DNA of 64,000 bases, taken from assembly GCF_018350175.1 (NCBI RefSeq), contig NC_058385.1, positions 42,036,001 through 42,100,000 on the forward strand, given 5' to 3'. A model generated the notes under the pieces. The model was not told where the DNA came from and did not search any database. It was given only the letters and a program-made list of their open reading frames with translations. The stretch comes from Felis catus (taxonomy: Eukaryota). Position numbers and translations under genes: made by a program. This document shows, piece after piece, positions 12,512-24,400 of this stretch. How positions within the stretch are numbered: position 1 is the first letter of the stretch; each line of letters opens with the position of its first letter.

Positions 12512-12709
12512 GGGGTGCCAGGGTGGCTCAGTCGGTTAAGTGTCTGACTTTGGCTCAGTTCACAAACAGTGAGATCAAACGCTGTGTCAGGCTCTGTGCT
12601 GATGGCTCGGAGCCTGGTGCCTGCTTCGGATTCTGTGTCTCCCTCTCTCTCTCTCTGTGCCCCTCCCCACTCGTTCTCTGTCTCTCTCTCAAAAATAAAT
12701 AAAAATTAA
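12512..12709 (+). mobile_element. Can-SINE
   Basis: ggggtgccagggtggctcagtcggttaag head, (CT)n, A-tail; TSD aaatattt at 12503-12510 and 12710-12717. Confidence 0.93.
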
Positions 12710-12919
12710 AAATATTTTTATGATATTCTCTACTAGGTCCCCAGAATTTGTGACTTATAATGGAAATTCTATATATGAGTAGATTGTATAATTATATATA
12801 TAATTTCTATTGCAATCTCATATCCAGGTGGCAGAAAGCCTGCATCTTGTCCTTGTTGAAAAGCCACATAGTGATCTCAGCATCGACCTTCTCATCCTGT
12901 ATTCACTAAATGATGCTAT

Positions 12920-13170
12920 TATTCATGAGCTTATCTTACATTGAGGAAATGAGGAACACAGACATGAAGAAATGATAAAGAGGCGGTAGGGAGTGTGTGA
13001 GGAGAGGCATGGCCTCCAGTTCTGAGGAGAAAATGATGAACTCCAGCTGGGTAGGTCTCAGGTGGTAGCCAGTGAAATGGAGCTGGCGGATGAGTCAGTC
13101 AAGGGAGGTGGGAAGGAGAGGAAAGGGCATCCAGAGGGTGAAGGGAATGGCATGGGCCAGGCTGGAGTTC
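12920..13170 (-). mobile_element. L2 relic
   Basis: Purine-rich reverse-strand L2 pattern 'gggcatccagagggtgaagggaatggcatg'. Confidence 0.5.
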
Positions 13171-13254
13171 ATGTCATGACATCTCTTCTTCCTAACGTTT
13201 CTTGCCTGGAGTCCATAATCCTCTTTTTAGAATAGACACAAAATTACTCTAAAA

Positions 13255-13499
13255 TGTTCATAAAACATAAAATGGCTCATTTGCTAGTGTGTGATCCATA
13301 GTGTGTGCGATCATCACCTCTGTCTAGTTCCAGAACATTTCATCACCCCAGAGGAAACCCTGTCCCCATTAAGCAACACCCTCCCCTTCATTCCCCAACC
13401 TTGGCAACCAGGAATCTGTGTTCTGTCTCTAAGGATTCACCTAGTCCGCATATTTCGTATCAATGGAATCACACATATGTGACCTTTTGTGTCTGGCCT
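13255..13499 (-). mobile_element. L1MB-like 3'UTR fragment
   Basis: 'tctagttccagaacatttcatcacccc', 'aatggaatcacacatatgtgaccttttgtgtctggc'. Confidence 0.85.
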
Positions 13500-13514
13500 C
13501 ATAATAGTCTTTTA

Positions 13515-14210
13515 AACATGTCTTCCATCTTCTCTCATTGTCTCTTCCAATCTATTCTCCTTAAGCAGTCATGATGCTCTTTCTAAACCACAGAACTGAG
13601 CATGCCACTCCCTTTTGTAAAATTCTTCAAATGCTTCCAAGTGCCGTTGGGATAAAGTCTGTGTGATCGTGCCTACTTCCTTCTCCAGCTCTAGCTTGCA
13701 TACTCCTTGGTCCACAGAGACCATTCTCACTGCCCATTGTATCCAAGCCCAACTCCTTTCGGGTTTTTTGCTCACCTCTTGGCCTTGCTATATCTGTGGC
13801 TCTTGTATGGAGCATTCCCTCCTCACCCACTTTGTTCTACCTTGTATTAGATGTGACTCTCTTCAGAAAACCTCTAGACTGGGTTAGTTCCCTTGGAGTG
13901 AGCTACTTTTCTCTCTCCTGCCAGCCTCCTAGTAGTGGACACTCTCTATTGCATCCTGTGGTTAAAATGCCAGTCTACCCTACTGGACAGAATCAGCCTC
14001 CAATAAGACGGGCTGAATATCAGTTTCTCTTAAAGCCTTCCAGATTCCAGGGGGCAGTCAGTGTTGATGTCCAGTATCCTAAAGGGAATTTTTCCCCCTG
14101 TGTTTATAAAACAACAGACACTGGAATAGCAGCTTCCTGAAGGCAGGTTCTGTGTGGGTCTTGCTTACTCTTTAGCATGTGACAGCAGTCAGTAATGTTT
14201 TTTAATGAAG
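13515..14210 (+). mobile_element. L2 relic
   Basis: 'ccaatctattctcc...ctttctaaa...catgccactccc...gggataaagtc' plus L2 tail near 14130-14210. Confidence 0.6.
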
Positions 14211-14347
14211 GGAGAAGGGGAAGAAGATCTTTTTAAGAGATATCCGAAGTTTTTGAAAGGAGAGTTCAGACGTTGGACAGTAGTGTTATGGCATGACCAA
14301 ACTGAGGAGAATCTCGAATGCTAGGAGTTTAGAATTCATCCTATAGG

Positions 14348-14730
14348 CCAAGGGTTAACAAATTCTAAAAACTGCTCAGTGCCACTGGGAACCACAGTGG
14401 GTGAAAGGCCAGGAGAGGAACAAAGGTGCTGGTGGGGACATTGTGGATAGTAGAGAGCAGATGCCAGGGACAGGCATCCAGGGCTGCTCAGCATCAGCTG
14501 ATTATTGCCAGGGGGTAACACAGGCACAGAGTTGCCAGACATTCTGAATTTCTAAGAGAAACCAGAGGTTGTGTGTGTGCGCACGCACGTGCGTGTGCGC
14601 ACACACATACACATATACACATACATGCGAATCTTGATTTAGATACAACATTTTAAGATAAAGTTTTCAAAAAATACTGTGAGCTGAACAAAAGCCATCT
14701 GGGGCTGGATTTAGCACAGAGGCCTCTGCT
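14348..14730 (+). mobile_element. hAT-Charlie MITE (MER102-like) with internal microsatellite
   Basis: 'gttgccagacattctgaatttctaagagaa' and 'aaaatactgtgagctgaacaaaa...ggctggatttagc...cctctg'. Confidence 0.65.
14570..14629. repeat. alternating purine-pyrimidine (TG/CG/CA) tract with central palindrome
   Basis: 60 bp of unbroken alternation; cacgcacgtgcgtg (14582-14595) is a perfect palindrome. Confidence 0.9.
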
Positions 14731-14824
14731 AGAGGCATTAAAGGTGCTTGATCAGGGAAATTATAGTTTGAAAGTGGCATCATAGGAAGATAACCACACA
14801 GGTGAATGTTCAAGGACATAATAC

Positions 14825-15405
14825 CACATTATTAACCATAATTACCATGCTGTACATTAGATCTCCAGAGCTTATTAATCTTATATCTGGAAGGTTTTGA
14901 CCAACATCATTTCATTTTCCCCAACTCCAGCCCCTGGTAACCACTGTTCTATTCTGTTTCTAGGAGTTTGGATATTTTAGAGGCCATATATAAGTGATAT
15001 CCTACAATGTTTTGCTTTCTCTGTCTTATTTCACTTAGCATAATGCCCTGAGTCTCTATCTGTGTTGTCACAAGTGGCAATTATGGTTGAATAATATTCC
15101 ATTTCATATGTATATGCCAATTGATGGACACTTTCTTTCTGTATGTTGGCTATTGTGAATAATGTTGCAGTGAGTATGGGAGATCTTTCTTTGAGATTTG
15201 TTTTCATTTCTGTTGGATAAATATTCAGAAATAGAATTGCTGGATTATTGGTAGTTCTAAAAAGTTTAACTTTTTGAGGAGCCTCCATACTGTTTTTCAT
15301 AGTGGCTGCACCAATTTACATTCTCAACAATGGCACACACGAGTTCTTTTTTCCTCCATATCCTCCACCAACACTTGCTGTCCTCTTGTTTTTTTGATGA
15401 TTGCC
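14825..15405 (-). mobile_element. L1MA9-like 3' fragment
   Basis: 'accatgctgtacattagatctccagagcttatt', 'ttatttcacttagcataatg'; ORF 15031-15300 resembles the ORF2 C-terminus. Confidence 0.85.
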
Positions 15406-18400
15406 AAGGCTTCAATTTTAATGGTGAATTTCGATTACTTTTTGATGGACTCTTTGGTCAGCCTACTTGCTTAATTTATTTTTACCTGTTCCTGGATTTT
15501 CCAGTGTTGTACTTCCTCAGTCTGTGGGGACACCTCAGTTGTTTTATTTAGACTGTCCTGTCCCACTCCATGGTGGTCACCACTTGCTTAGGCTACTACC
15601 TATTGTTCTCTTTATCTTTGAGTATGTGTTGTGTTCTTCCTGTGGGCCTAGACTTTTCTTCAGGGTTTGTCCCTGGCTGCCTCCCTCAGCAGATGGTTTT
15701 GTTCTGGATCCTGACCCTTTATTGTCTACCCAGATGCATACCTGATAAGTACTATCTACCCTCTTAGAGAAAAGCAGAAGTAAAAGTATGGAACATTTGA
15801 ATGTATGCCAAGGGTTTAGATGGGGAAGGGTCAAGTTAATTCTTCAAATATCCTAACACCAAAAAGATGATGGTCCGTTCCACCCATTTGTGATTAAAAA
15901 CAAATTGTGAAATTCTGAAAACACATACAATTGGAAATTAAATCCATTTTTCAATTTTCTGGTTGAATCAAATATAAACCTTTTTTAGTTCCTTAAATTT
16001 CTCAGTCTATATTGGGTCCAGGGGTGAGATAGGGTGAGGGAAACAGAAATACTGATCAGCGAGAATGGGCTTAAGGTAATGAAGCAAAGAATTTCTCAAT
16101 GATTCTGGATCCTAAATGTTCCATAGCTTCCTTACCTGTTGAATTAATGATGTCATTGCTTAAGGGAAAGCCTAAAATTAAGTGGTTATTGATTAGCTTT
16201 GGGTTTTAAATCAGATTTGAGTCCAAGCAAGACAAAACCAGGCTTTTTTTTTTTTTTTTTTTAATGAGCCAAAAGGGTTTTTTAAATTTCAAAAGCGTTT
16301 CAGTCCATGTCAAGATCCACATGTGGCCAACTCAGACTGTAGAGCTTTTACCAAAAGCTATATTTTGGGGAAAGGAGGCAGTTGGCATGAGGGAAGTTTC
16401 TGGTAGATAGGCAGGAAGTGGAAAACCTTGCTTGTGTTAGGATGGGATCTTCGAGGGTCATAGAAGAACAGATTAGATGTATGTGTTCTTACTTTATGAC
16501 CAGAATGACCATGTCAACAGCCAGTTGACCAAGTGACAACCCAGAGCTGACAAGGGCCCACTGACACTATGGCTGCAAAGGAGCTTAGAAACTTTTCCAA
16601 TTAATTTTGAATGCTGCTGTTATGATTGAGACTTGATTATATGTATTTGAGATAATTTGAGAAAACAAACTCTAAATTTTTAATGTTACTATTAATTGTC
16701 TTAAACTTTAGTATAGAAACAAATAAGCTCATAATCTTAGGTTTTGAGGAATTTAATTTAGAATTTAATTCAACTTCAGCCTAACACAAACACGTTGGTG
16801 TTTTATCAGTGAGGCCAACTTGGAGGCAGAGGCTGGATCTTAATCCCTTTTGAATTTCCAATGCTTTGTATGATGGCTGGCACATAGTAAGTGCTCATTA
16901 ACTGTTTTAATGATTGTTAAATATATTGATTCATTGGTAAGCAATAAACCAGCTTATCTTCGAATAAATACTCTAAGTCTCTAAATCTAGGTTTTTGTTC
17001 CTTGAAGACATAAATTTAGCAGAAACTACATCATAGATCAAGCTTAGATGGTAGAAACTTATAAATCAATGGCTGTGATGGAGATGTTAAGACAATGTAA
17101 AGGTTAAAAACACTCATTCTCTATGCTGACATATTAGGGTTAGGAATTAAAACACTTTGTTCAGTAAGAGTTCAAATGGTATTAGACCCATTCCTTGTCT
17201 AGATCAAAAAAATAGATCAAAAACTCTCTAAGACTTTGAAGAGTTTTTTGTAGCCAGGTAGACTACAGAATCTTGACTTTAAAATATGCTTTTAATATTA
17301 ATACTTCTAATATTAAAAATATAGATTTCACATCTGGGAATAAAGGAAAACCAGATAATGAATCTTCTCCCTCACAGATCAAGCCGTATCCCATCTGAAA
17401 AGACAAGCCAAGAATGCTGGTTGGGTTAAGCATAATTAGAGCAGCAGCAGGGACTGGAGACTTTCTGATAGGAATATTCACAGCAGGGAGTGAACCCAAA
17501 AACTTAAAAAGTTTCCACAATGACGAGGGCCCAAATTGTTGCATCTCCATAGCAACAGAAAATGCAATATTTATGCCCTTATTTACCCTTGTATTCAACC
17601 AAAAAAATGCATGGCATTTGCCATGGTAAGGCCTACATCATATATGCATGTATCGCTTCAGATATGCAGCCTGCTGTTCTAAAAACAACAAACACATACC
17701 AAGACGTGCGCGTCATGTGAAACCTCTACTCATTTTACAGTGTTTTGATGGAAAAATAAGTCCCACTGGACCTTGACATCTTTTTCTAAAGGACTGTTTT
17801 CCAGTTTCAGTGGCAGAAAACCCAGGTGTCTCTCTGCTCCTTTCTTTTCCTCCCAAGTCACAGTGAGAGTGATGTAGATGTGTCATTGCAAGTAGATGTG
17901 GGAGGGAGCTCAGGATAAGAGTGGCTGTGATCGGGACAAGGTGGAGGAGATTATGGCTTTGACAGGACAGAGCAAGGGAGGTCTGTGGCTACAATGCCAG
18001 ACCCTATGGTAGAGGTGAGTGGAGGAGACTGTCATCTATGTCCCCAGAGTGATTTGAAAAGCCCTGAAAGGCTTCTGCTGTCCCAAAGATTTCTTCCTTG
18101 GATTTGACTTTGAGGGCTGAAATTCAGACAGTCACGTATTTCAACCATAGCAGCAATGTTGCCTCTTACAATGTAATTATCTAGGAGCATAAGGCCTTAA
18201 TCCCAAAGTGGCTAGTGTTGCCTTGGCTTGCATAAATTAATGCACTTGTTTGCCCAGGCCTGAAGAGAATTGGACTTAAGACTGATAAGAAGACAAGGTA
18301 GGAGAGAAGGAAGATGTTGGGGGTGGGATGCTGATGGGATAGCTTCAGAGTTTGCCTCAAAAGAACTGGACACTGGGTGGCTGAAATATGAGGCTCAAGT

Positions 18401-18907
18401 TGCTGAAAGGGGAAAAGGGCCAGGGGAATGAACAAATAATTCAAGAAATATCGATTGTGTCAGCCGTGTGGCAGATACCAGGCTCTGAAAATAAACTTTA
18501 CAGTTTTGTCTGTGGCTGCCTAGGTTTTCAGCTTTCTAATTTACCCTCCTATTGGCCTGACATAAAAGTTTGGGGTTTGGCTGAGAAGCAGAGCTTCCAT
18601 GCTGATTGTATGGCCTCCATTCCCACCCTCTCATGAGCCCTACCCTGTAACATCTTTCCCAACTTCGCATCTTTGGGATGACCAGTATATCCACAAGAGA
18701 GGGCAGACTTTCATTTCCTGTCCTTATTTTATTTGGCCTTTCTCTTCTCCACTTTTATTACCAGTTAGATGGCCACTATTTTTGGTAGCTTCTGACCCAG
18801 ATAATCTTGAGGAAGGAGCGCCTTTATCTGAGGGTGGGGCTGTTAGGTTCTATTCCCAACTTTGAGTTGAGTCCCACTGAGCAGTAGGTGCTTCTGGCTG
18901 CCTAGTC

Positions 18908-19260
18908 CCATTAGTCAGGCTAGGCTCTGCTGCCTTGATGAACACACTCAAAAATCTCAGTGGCTTGACATAGAGAGTTTATTTCTTGTTCAAGAAAAGC
19001 TTGGCAGTTCCCCAGGGCACCTTGACTCAGAGATAGAGGTTGCTTGACATCTTGGTAATGCTTTTGGAAGTGGAAGATGGAGTCACAGGGTCATGCACTG
19101 CTTCTTCAAAATTTCAGTCCAGAAGTGATGTATCACTTTCAGTTAGGGCCCATTGGCCACAACTAGTCACATGGCCCACCCCCAGTTACTAGGGGAGAGG
19201 GGCTAGGAAATGTGGCTGAGCTCATGGATATTCAGTGAGCAGTGAATGTTTCTGTCATAC
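18908..19260 (-). mobile_element. MaLR solo LTR (MLT1I/K-like)
   Basis: 'aaaatctcagtggcttgaca...gtttatttcttg', 'ccattggccacaactagtcacatggccc'. Confidence 0.72.
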
Positions 19261-20306
19261 CCTTGATGTCTGGTAACCAGCCTTAGATTTATGATTTGAA
19301 GAAAAGGGGTAGTTAGGGTGAAGTTAGAGCAAGTTGAGATCTTGGAAATTGAAACCTGGTGATGATCTTACACCAAGTCTGAGAGTCTTAATAGAGTTTT
19401 AAATTATGATCACAGTTGGAGGTGGAAAAGAAAAGCAGGTGAGATGGCCATGGTTTCATGTCCAGGGAGGTGCACCATATTGTAACTAACATCCTTTCTT
19501 ATCACAATTCTTTTCTTTTTTTTTGATTGAATAATCACTCACTAGTACCAAAGGCTCTGTTGTTCCATCCTCATGGCAGCTCTGATGTGTTGGTTGATCA
19601 GAAAAGAATAGAACAATTTTGTAGAAGTGCAGGTTTCCTTTCTTTCCTATAAGACCTATGATGTTTGGTGGGAGTCAGTGTGCACTGTGGCAAAGGAAAG
19701 AAACTTTTCAGAGATTCCTGGGCATTAACTCTAAACTGGCTCTAATTTCAGAAGACCCAAAAATGTCACTGTGGCCTATGAATTAATGTAGGGCAGGGAA
19801 GGGCAGGTGATCAATGGAATTTTAGTTCAGGTCCTCCACCCAGTCAACCCCTAAACCCATCCTGTGGTTGTTTTCCCAGTTCTTGGATGCATAACTGGAA
19901 TAGACTTATTTAGCAGCTGGTGGAATCTCCGCACTGGGGAGACTTTCCTTCAAGCTCACTCCCCTTCCTCATCCATCCCTCCCAGTTTTCCTTCTCTTTC
20001 CTTATAGAGGATCAGGTACCCCTTCTTCATGTTTTTTTAGCATTATTTATTTCTCCTATCAAAATGTATATCACACTCTATTATAGTTTTTCTTGTGATT
20101 GTTTTTCCCACTTGAAGGAACCAGTGAATAAATAAGTCTTAGGGGCATTATAATGTTTATCTAAGAGAACCCAGCTGAAAATGGCAGAGTCAGTCTTTGA
20201 ACCTGGGTCTCAATTCCAAGTTCAGAGTTCCTTTTACAATGTCAGAGGCCCTTAGCCCTAGTGGTTGACCTTTCCCTGACTCTCTTGTTTAAATGGTCTA
20301 ATTTAC

Positions 20307-20472
20307 CAGGACTGGATACATAATTGCAGGACCCAGTGCAAGATGAAAATGCAGTAGGCCTTGCTCAAAAATTATTAGGAATTTCAAGACTGAAGTAGGA
20401 GAGCATTAAACTAAGTATAGGCCCTTCTATGTGTGGGTGTGCACAGGTCACACACCCATGAAGCTGGCCCTG
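20307..20472 (-). mobile_element. MER45A-like hAT-Tip100 MITE
   Basis: Terminal inverted repeats caggactgg...ctggccctg; internal 'aaaaattattaggaatttcaagac' and 'gcacaggtcacacacccatgaagc'. Confidence 0.85.
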
Positions 20473-22199
20473 GTAACCACGGAGAACATTTACCTTCAGG
20501 AGGTAAATGACGTTGCTGACTCCATGCACTGTTCCCTCTGTAGTTTGAGTATGGCTATTTCTAGGTGGGACTTGATCAGTTACCTCCAGCAGGAAGGGCA
20601 TATAATAACAGACACTTTACAGAACTGAATTCCAGAGAGTAGACCTTGCTGGGTATGGGTGAACTCCCACACAGATCTTGCATGGGACTTTGTCTTTCCT
20701 TTGTCTTTCCTGAAGGTTTCCTCACAGGGCCACGGGTGTAGTGGGTGTGCAATGGAGTTAAATGAACTATGTGGTTTTTCATCTTCTAGTCCTGTGTCTG
20801 GATTATCCTGTTTTGACTTTGAACCCCAAATAACCCACTTGCATAAAAACATCAGTGAGCTCTGTCAACTTTTTGTAGATTGCATAGATGAAAACTGGGG
20901 GCATATACCTTCATCATCTCAAAACAACTTAAAATCCCTTACTAGGCATTTGTTTTCTCTCCAGTCCCCTATGTAGCCTTGTTCCTTCTTCCCCTCTCCC
21001 CTCCACTCTCTGTTCCTCCCTTTCTTGACCCTCAACCATCTTGGCCTGTCCCCCATCCTACCTCCTCTTTATTTTGGTAACTCTGCACTCCTGACCTCTT
21101 TTTTAATATCAAGCAGTTCAGATCTGTCCTAGCATCTGACTGCAAACAGAACACAGAAACAAAGGACCCTTCAGCCAATGGGACCCTTTCCATTTATAAG
21201 GTGACTTAGTGACCATCTTTGAGTGTGAGTTTATTTGAGTGTGCTCCTTGGGGTCTCCTCCCTCTTTACCTCAAGTGGTCAATGTTATTTACATATTATG
21301 TATTTACAGTGCATGAGTATGATTTTCTCTATCCTTGTTACTATATATCTTCCATTCTGGCTTTCACATAGGACATCCCCACTACTGTCCAGCTATAGGG
21401 GGTGGGGAGCAGGTGGGTGGCTATGACAGTATATTCTCACTAAGTGAGATGGGGTTTTATCTTTGAGTCCCTGATGGGAGAGGAATATCTTCCTGGGGTT
21501 CTGGGGGAGATGGTGGTGCTGAGTCTCACTTCTGGATTGCTGGTATTGGTATTGTTTGTGCAATGACCACTTCATTCACTGCCATAAGCCTGCGTTTATT
21601 TTGTAGACTTACAGTTTTGGCCCAGGCAAGTATCCCCAACAGAAAGAAATGGTAAACAGTTAAGTACAGAATTTTGTGCATTTTGGTATTGCCATGAGAG
21701 GATGTTTTATATTTGACAGTGTTTTGCCTTAAATGAGAGAAATGCTTTCCACTAGAATGAGATGTCAATTTGAAAAGAACATAGGCAAGAAATATTAGCC
21801 ATTTGGGGAAAAGGCAAATGCTGTCTGCTCTTCCCTTGTGGGAAACATCACACTAGGATTAGTGTTACTAGGTGTGCTCTAATGAAGTTAGCTGGCTCAG
21901 AGTCTTGAGGGATCATGCTCCTTGGGAGAGCAATACTTAAGTGCTAATCTAGTATGGTAGTTAGTTTCTTTTTGGTGGAAGAAGAACTTGAAAACACAAA
22001 ACCTTAGCATCTTTCCTGACCAAGCACAGGGACATAGTGCACCTTAGGCTGGGTTATCATTCTCACTTCTGGGAAGGTGCCAGCATCACTCTTCCCTGGA
22101 TAGGTAGGTGTGTGGTACTCTATCTCCCCTTATTTAAATGCCAGCTCTAACTCTTTCTCTCTCTCTCCTCAGTTGAATCAAGCCAGTAGCTATACCTGG

Positions 22200-22355
22200 A
22201 CCACGAACAGCTCCATGGAGAGGGCTTTTAAGTGGTGTTAGGATCCTTAGCCTCTTGGGGATGGGGACTGGTTTTATTTATAGTAGTGTCTCAGGATTTA
22301 GATTAGTGCCTGACATGTAGTAGCTTCTCAGTAAATGTGGGATAAATGAAGAAAC
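22200..22355 (+). mobile_element. L2 3' tail
   Basis: 'agtgcctgacatgtagtag...ctcagtaaatgtgggataaatgaa'. Confidence 0.6.
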
Positions 22356-22867
22356 AGGAGAAAGGTTGAGTAGCCTTTTTTCACAGCAATATCCATGTAA
22401 AGCACTGGGGCCTCCATTTTGGAGCAATTCAGAAGATTAAGGACTATGTGACTGAGTAATGGTCCATGGAACTTTTTTCATAAGCTGGGGTACTGTGGTG
22501 TTGGATGTGGCTGGGGTAGGGGTTCATGCTTATGTGTACTGAAGTCTGTTGATGCTACTTACACATAGCACACCTATGTCAAAGATCTTCATCTAGGAGA
22601 GGGGCAGAGTTGGAATGAACTAATAGCTGTCAGCCCATGGGCAAAGCTTTTAGAACCAGAACATAAGGATTGGTGGTGTTCATCACGAAATAGGATTCTA
22701 TGAGTGGAAAGCAACCTTAGAAATAATCTAATTCAACCTCCGCTTTATCTTTTGCCATATTTTCCTCCCTGCCTTTTTTAGAAATAGGAGCCAAAGCCCA
22801 GAAAAGTTAAGAAACTTGTTCAGACCATGTGGTTAGTTGGCAGCAGATTCAAGAATGCACAGCTTAT

Positions 22868-23091
22868 GGGGCGCCTGGGTGGCGCAGTCGGTTAAGCGTC
22901 CAACTTCAGCCAGGTCACGATCTCACGGTCCGTGAGTTCGAGCCCCGCGTCAGGCTCTGGGCTGATGGCTCAGAGCCTGGAGCCTGTTTCCGATTCTGTG
23001 TCTCCCTCTCTCTCTGCCCCTCCCCGTTCATGCTCTGTCTCTCTCTGTCCCAAAAATAAAATAAACGTTGAAAAAAAAATTAAAAAAAAAA
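22868..23091 (+). mobile_element. young felid Can-SINE (SINEC_Fc-like), inserted in a MIR
   Basis: Full length; A box 22880-22891, B box gttcgagcc 22936-22944; perfect 17-bp TSD aagaatgcacagcttat at 22851-22867 and 23092-23108. Confidence 0.97.
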
Positions 23092-23161
23092 AAGAATGCA
23101 CAGCTTATGTACTCCCAAGTCAAGAGTTCATTCCATTTCTTCTCTGTGACCTTGCTCTGGG

Positions 23162-23280
23162 GCAACAGTTCTTAAACATTTTGGGGTCACTCTTTGATAA
23201 TTTGATGGGAGCTCTATAATGATTTCACAAAACGTCTATCTTCTGAATCATACAAAGTTCTATATATGTTAGGAGCCCTG
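23162..23280. mobile_element. MER103C-like hAT MITE relic
   Basis: 'agttcttaaacattttggggtcactctttgataatttgatg'...'gagccctg'. Confidence 0.5.
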
Positions 23281-24059
23281 TAACTCACTATGTATTTCCC
23301 CCACTTTTGTTTATTTTCACCATTGGCATTGGGCAAATAGCAGAAATGTCTCCCTGGGTTAAACTAAAACAATTCTCACTCAGCACTTTAGGTTCAGCAT
23401 CCTTTAAGGGTTATAGAGCCAAAAGACGTTTTTCCTACTCTAGGGAGAGTGGTAAAACTATAATTAAAAAATAAGATGGAAAAAGAAAAAAATTACAAAA
23501 GGACTAGTGGGGTTGAATCCCAGGGGAAAATCTTTTTGAGTGGAAGAACTATCAGAATGTGATCGTTGTCCAAGGTAGGGGACTGCAGCCTCATGGCAAG
23601 CATGCCTGGACACAGTTGGAGCCCACAAACCTTGGGGAACAATGTCTGGCAGGACACAAGTATAAGATGACTTAAGTCTTTTCCATTTCTAATTTCTATG
23701 ATTTTGTGAAATGAAAACATTAGTCATATATCTCCTAGAAGCAGGCCATTTTGGAGCTGGCTTGATTACAAAAATCAGAATTAAAGTTCATGCCCATATC
23801 TGGGATTTTAAAGTTTCAAACTCTGGTGTTCACAGGAAGACAGTAGGAGGGACATTATGTAATCATTGTCGCTTTTCAGCACTGAGCACTTCAGGCAGTG
23901 TGAGACGAAAACTAAACTGGTTGGGTCAAATATGTGCTCTCTCATCGAGAACCATCTGACATCTTATTGTACCATGTGCTGCTGGAACCATTAGGGTGCA
24001 GAGACTTTGCTACTGTTTCTGTCTCATCACATTCTGCTTAAACATCACCAAGATGAGTA

Positions 24060-24400
24060 GGGATCCATCCAAGCTGGGTTCTGTGTTCATTTGACACGTC
24101 TCCCTCGTTTTTTAAACATTTCCTTACTTTCTGGTGTGACAAGGTGTTCTACTTTCCCTACCCCAGTCTTGGAGTCATCTATTTTTCAAAGGAACTCTGA
24201 TCTTGGAGTGGAGAAGAGTACTTAGGAGCCAAGCACTGGGCACTAAGTGTGCTCATTGTTCTTGTGGTGTCCCTGCCCCAAGGCCCTCTCAGTGGACAGA
24301 GCTAGGAAATATATGTGTGTATGTACCTTTATAAATAATAATAGATAGACATACATATATGCATGTACATATGTGTGCATACACCCAGACTGCCCCACGT
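24060..24400 (-). mobile_element. L1MC4/5-like fragment
   Basis: 'tgtgctcattg...aggccctctcagtggacagagctaggaaatatatgtg'. Confidence 0.75.

Noticed and set aside
22868-22950. tRNA-like sequence
   Set aside because: tRNA-derived SINE head followed by (CT)n, A-tail and TSD; not a tRNA gene.
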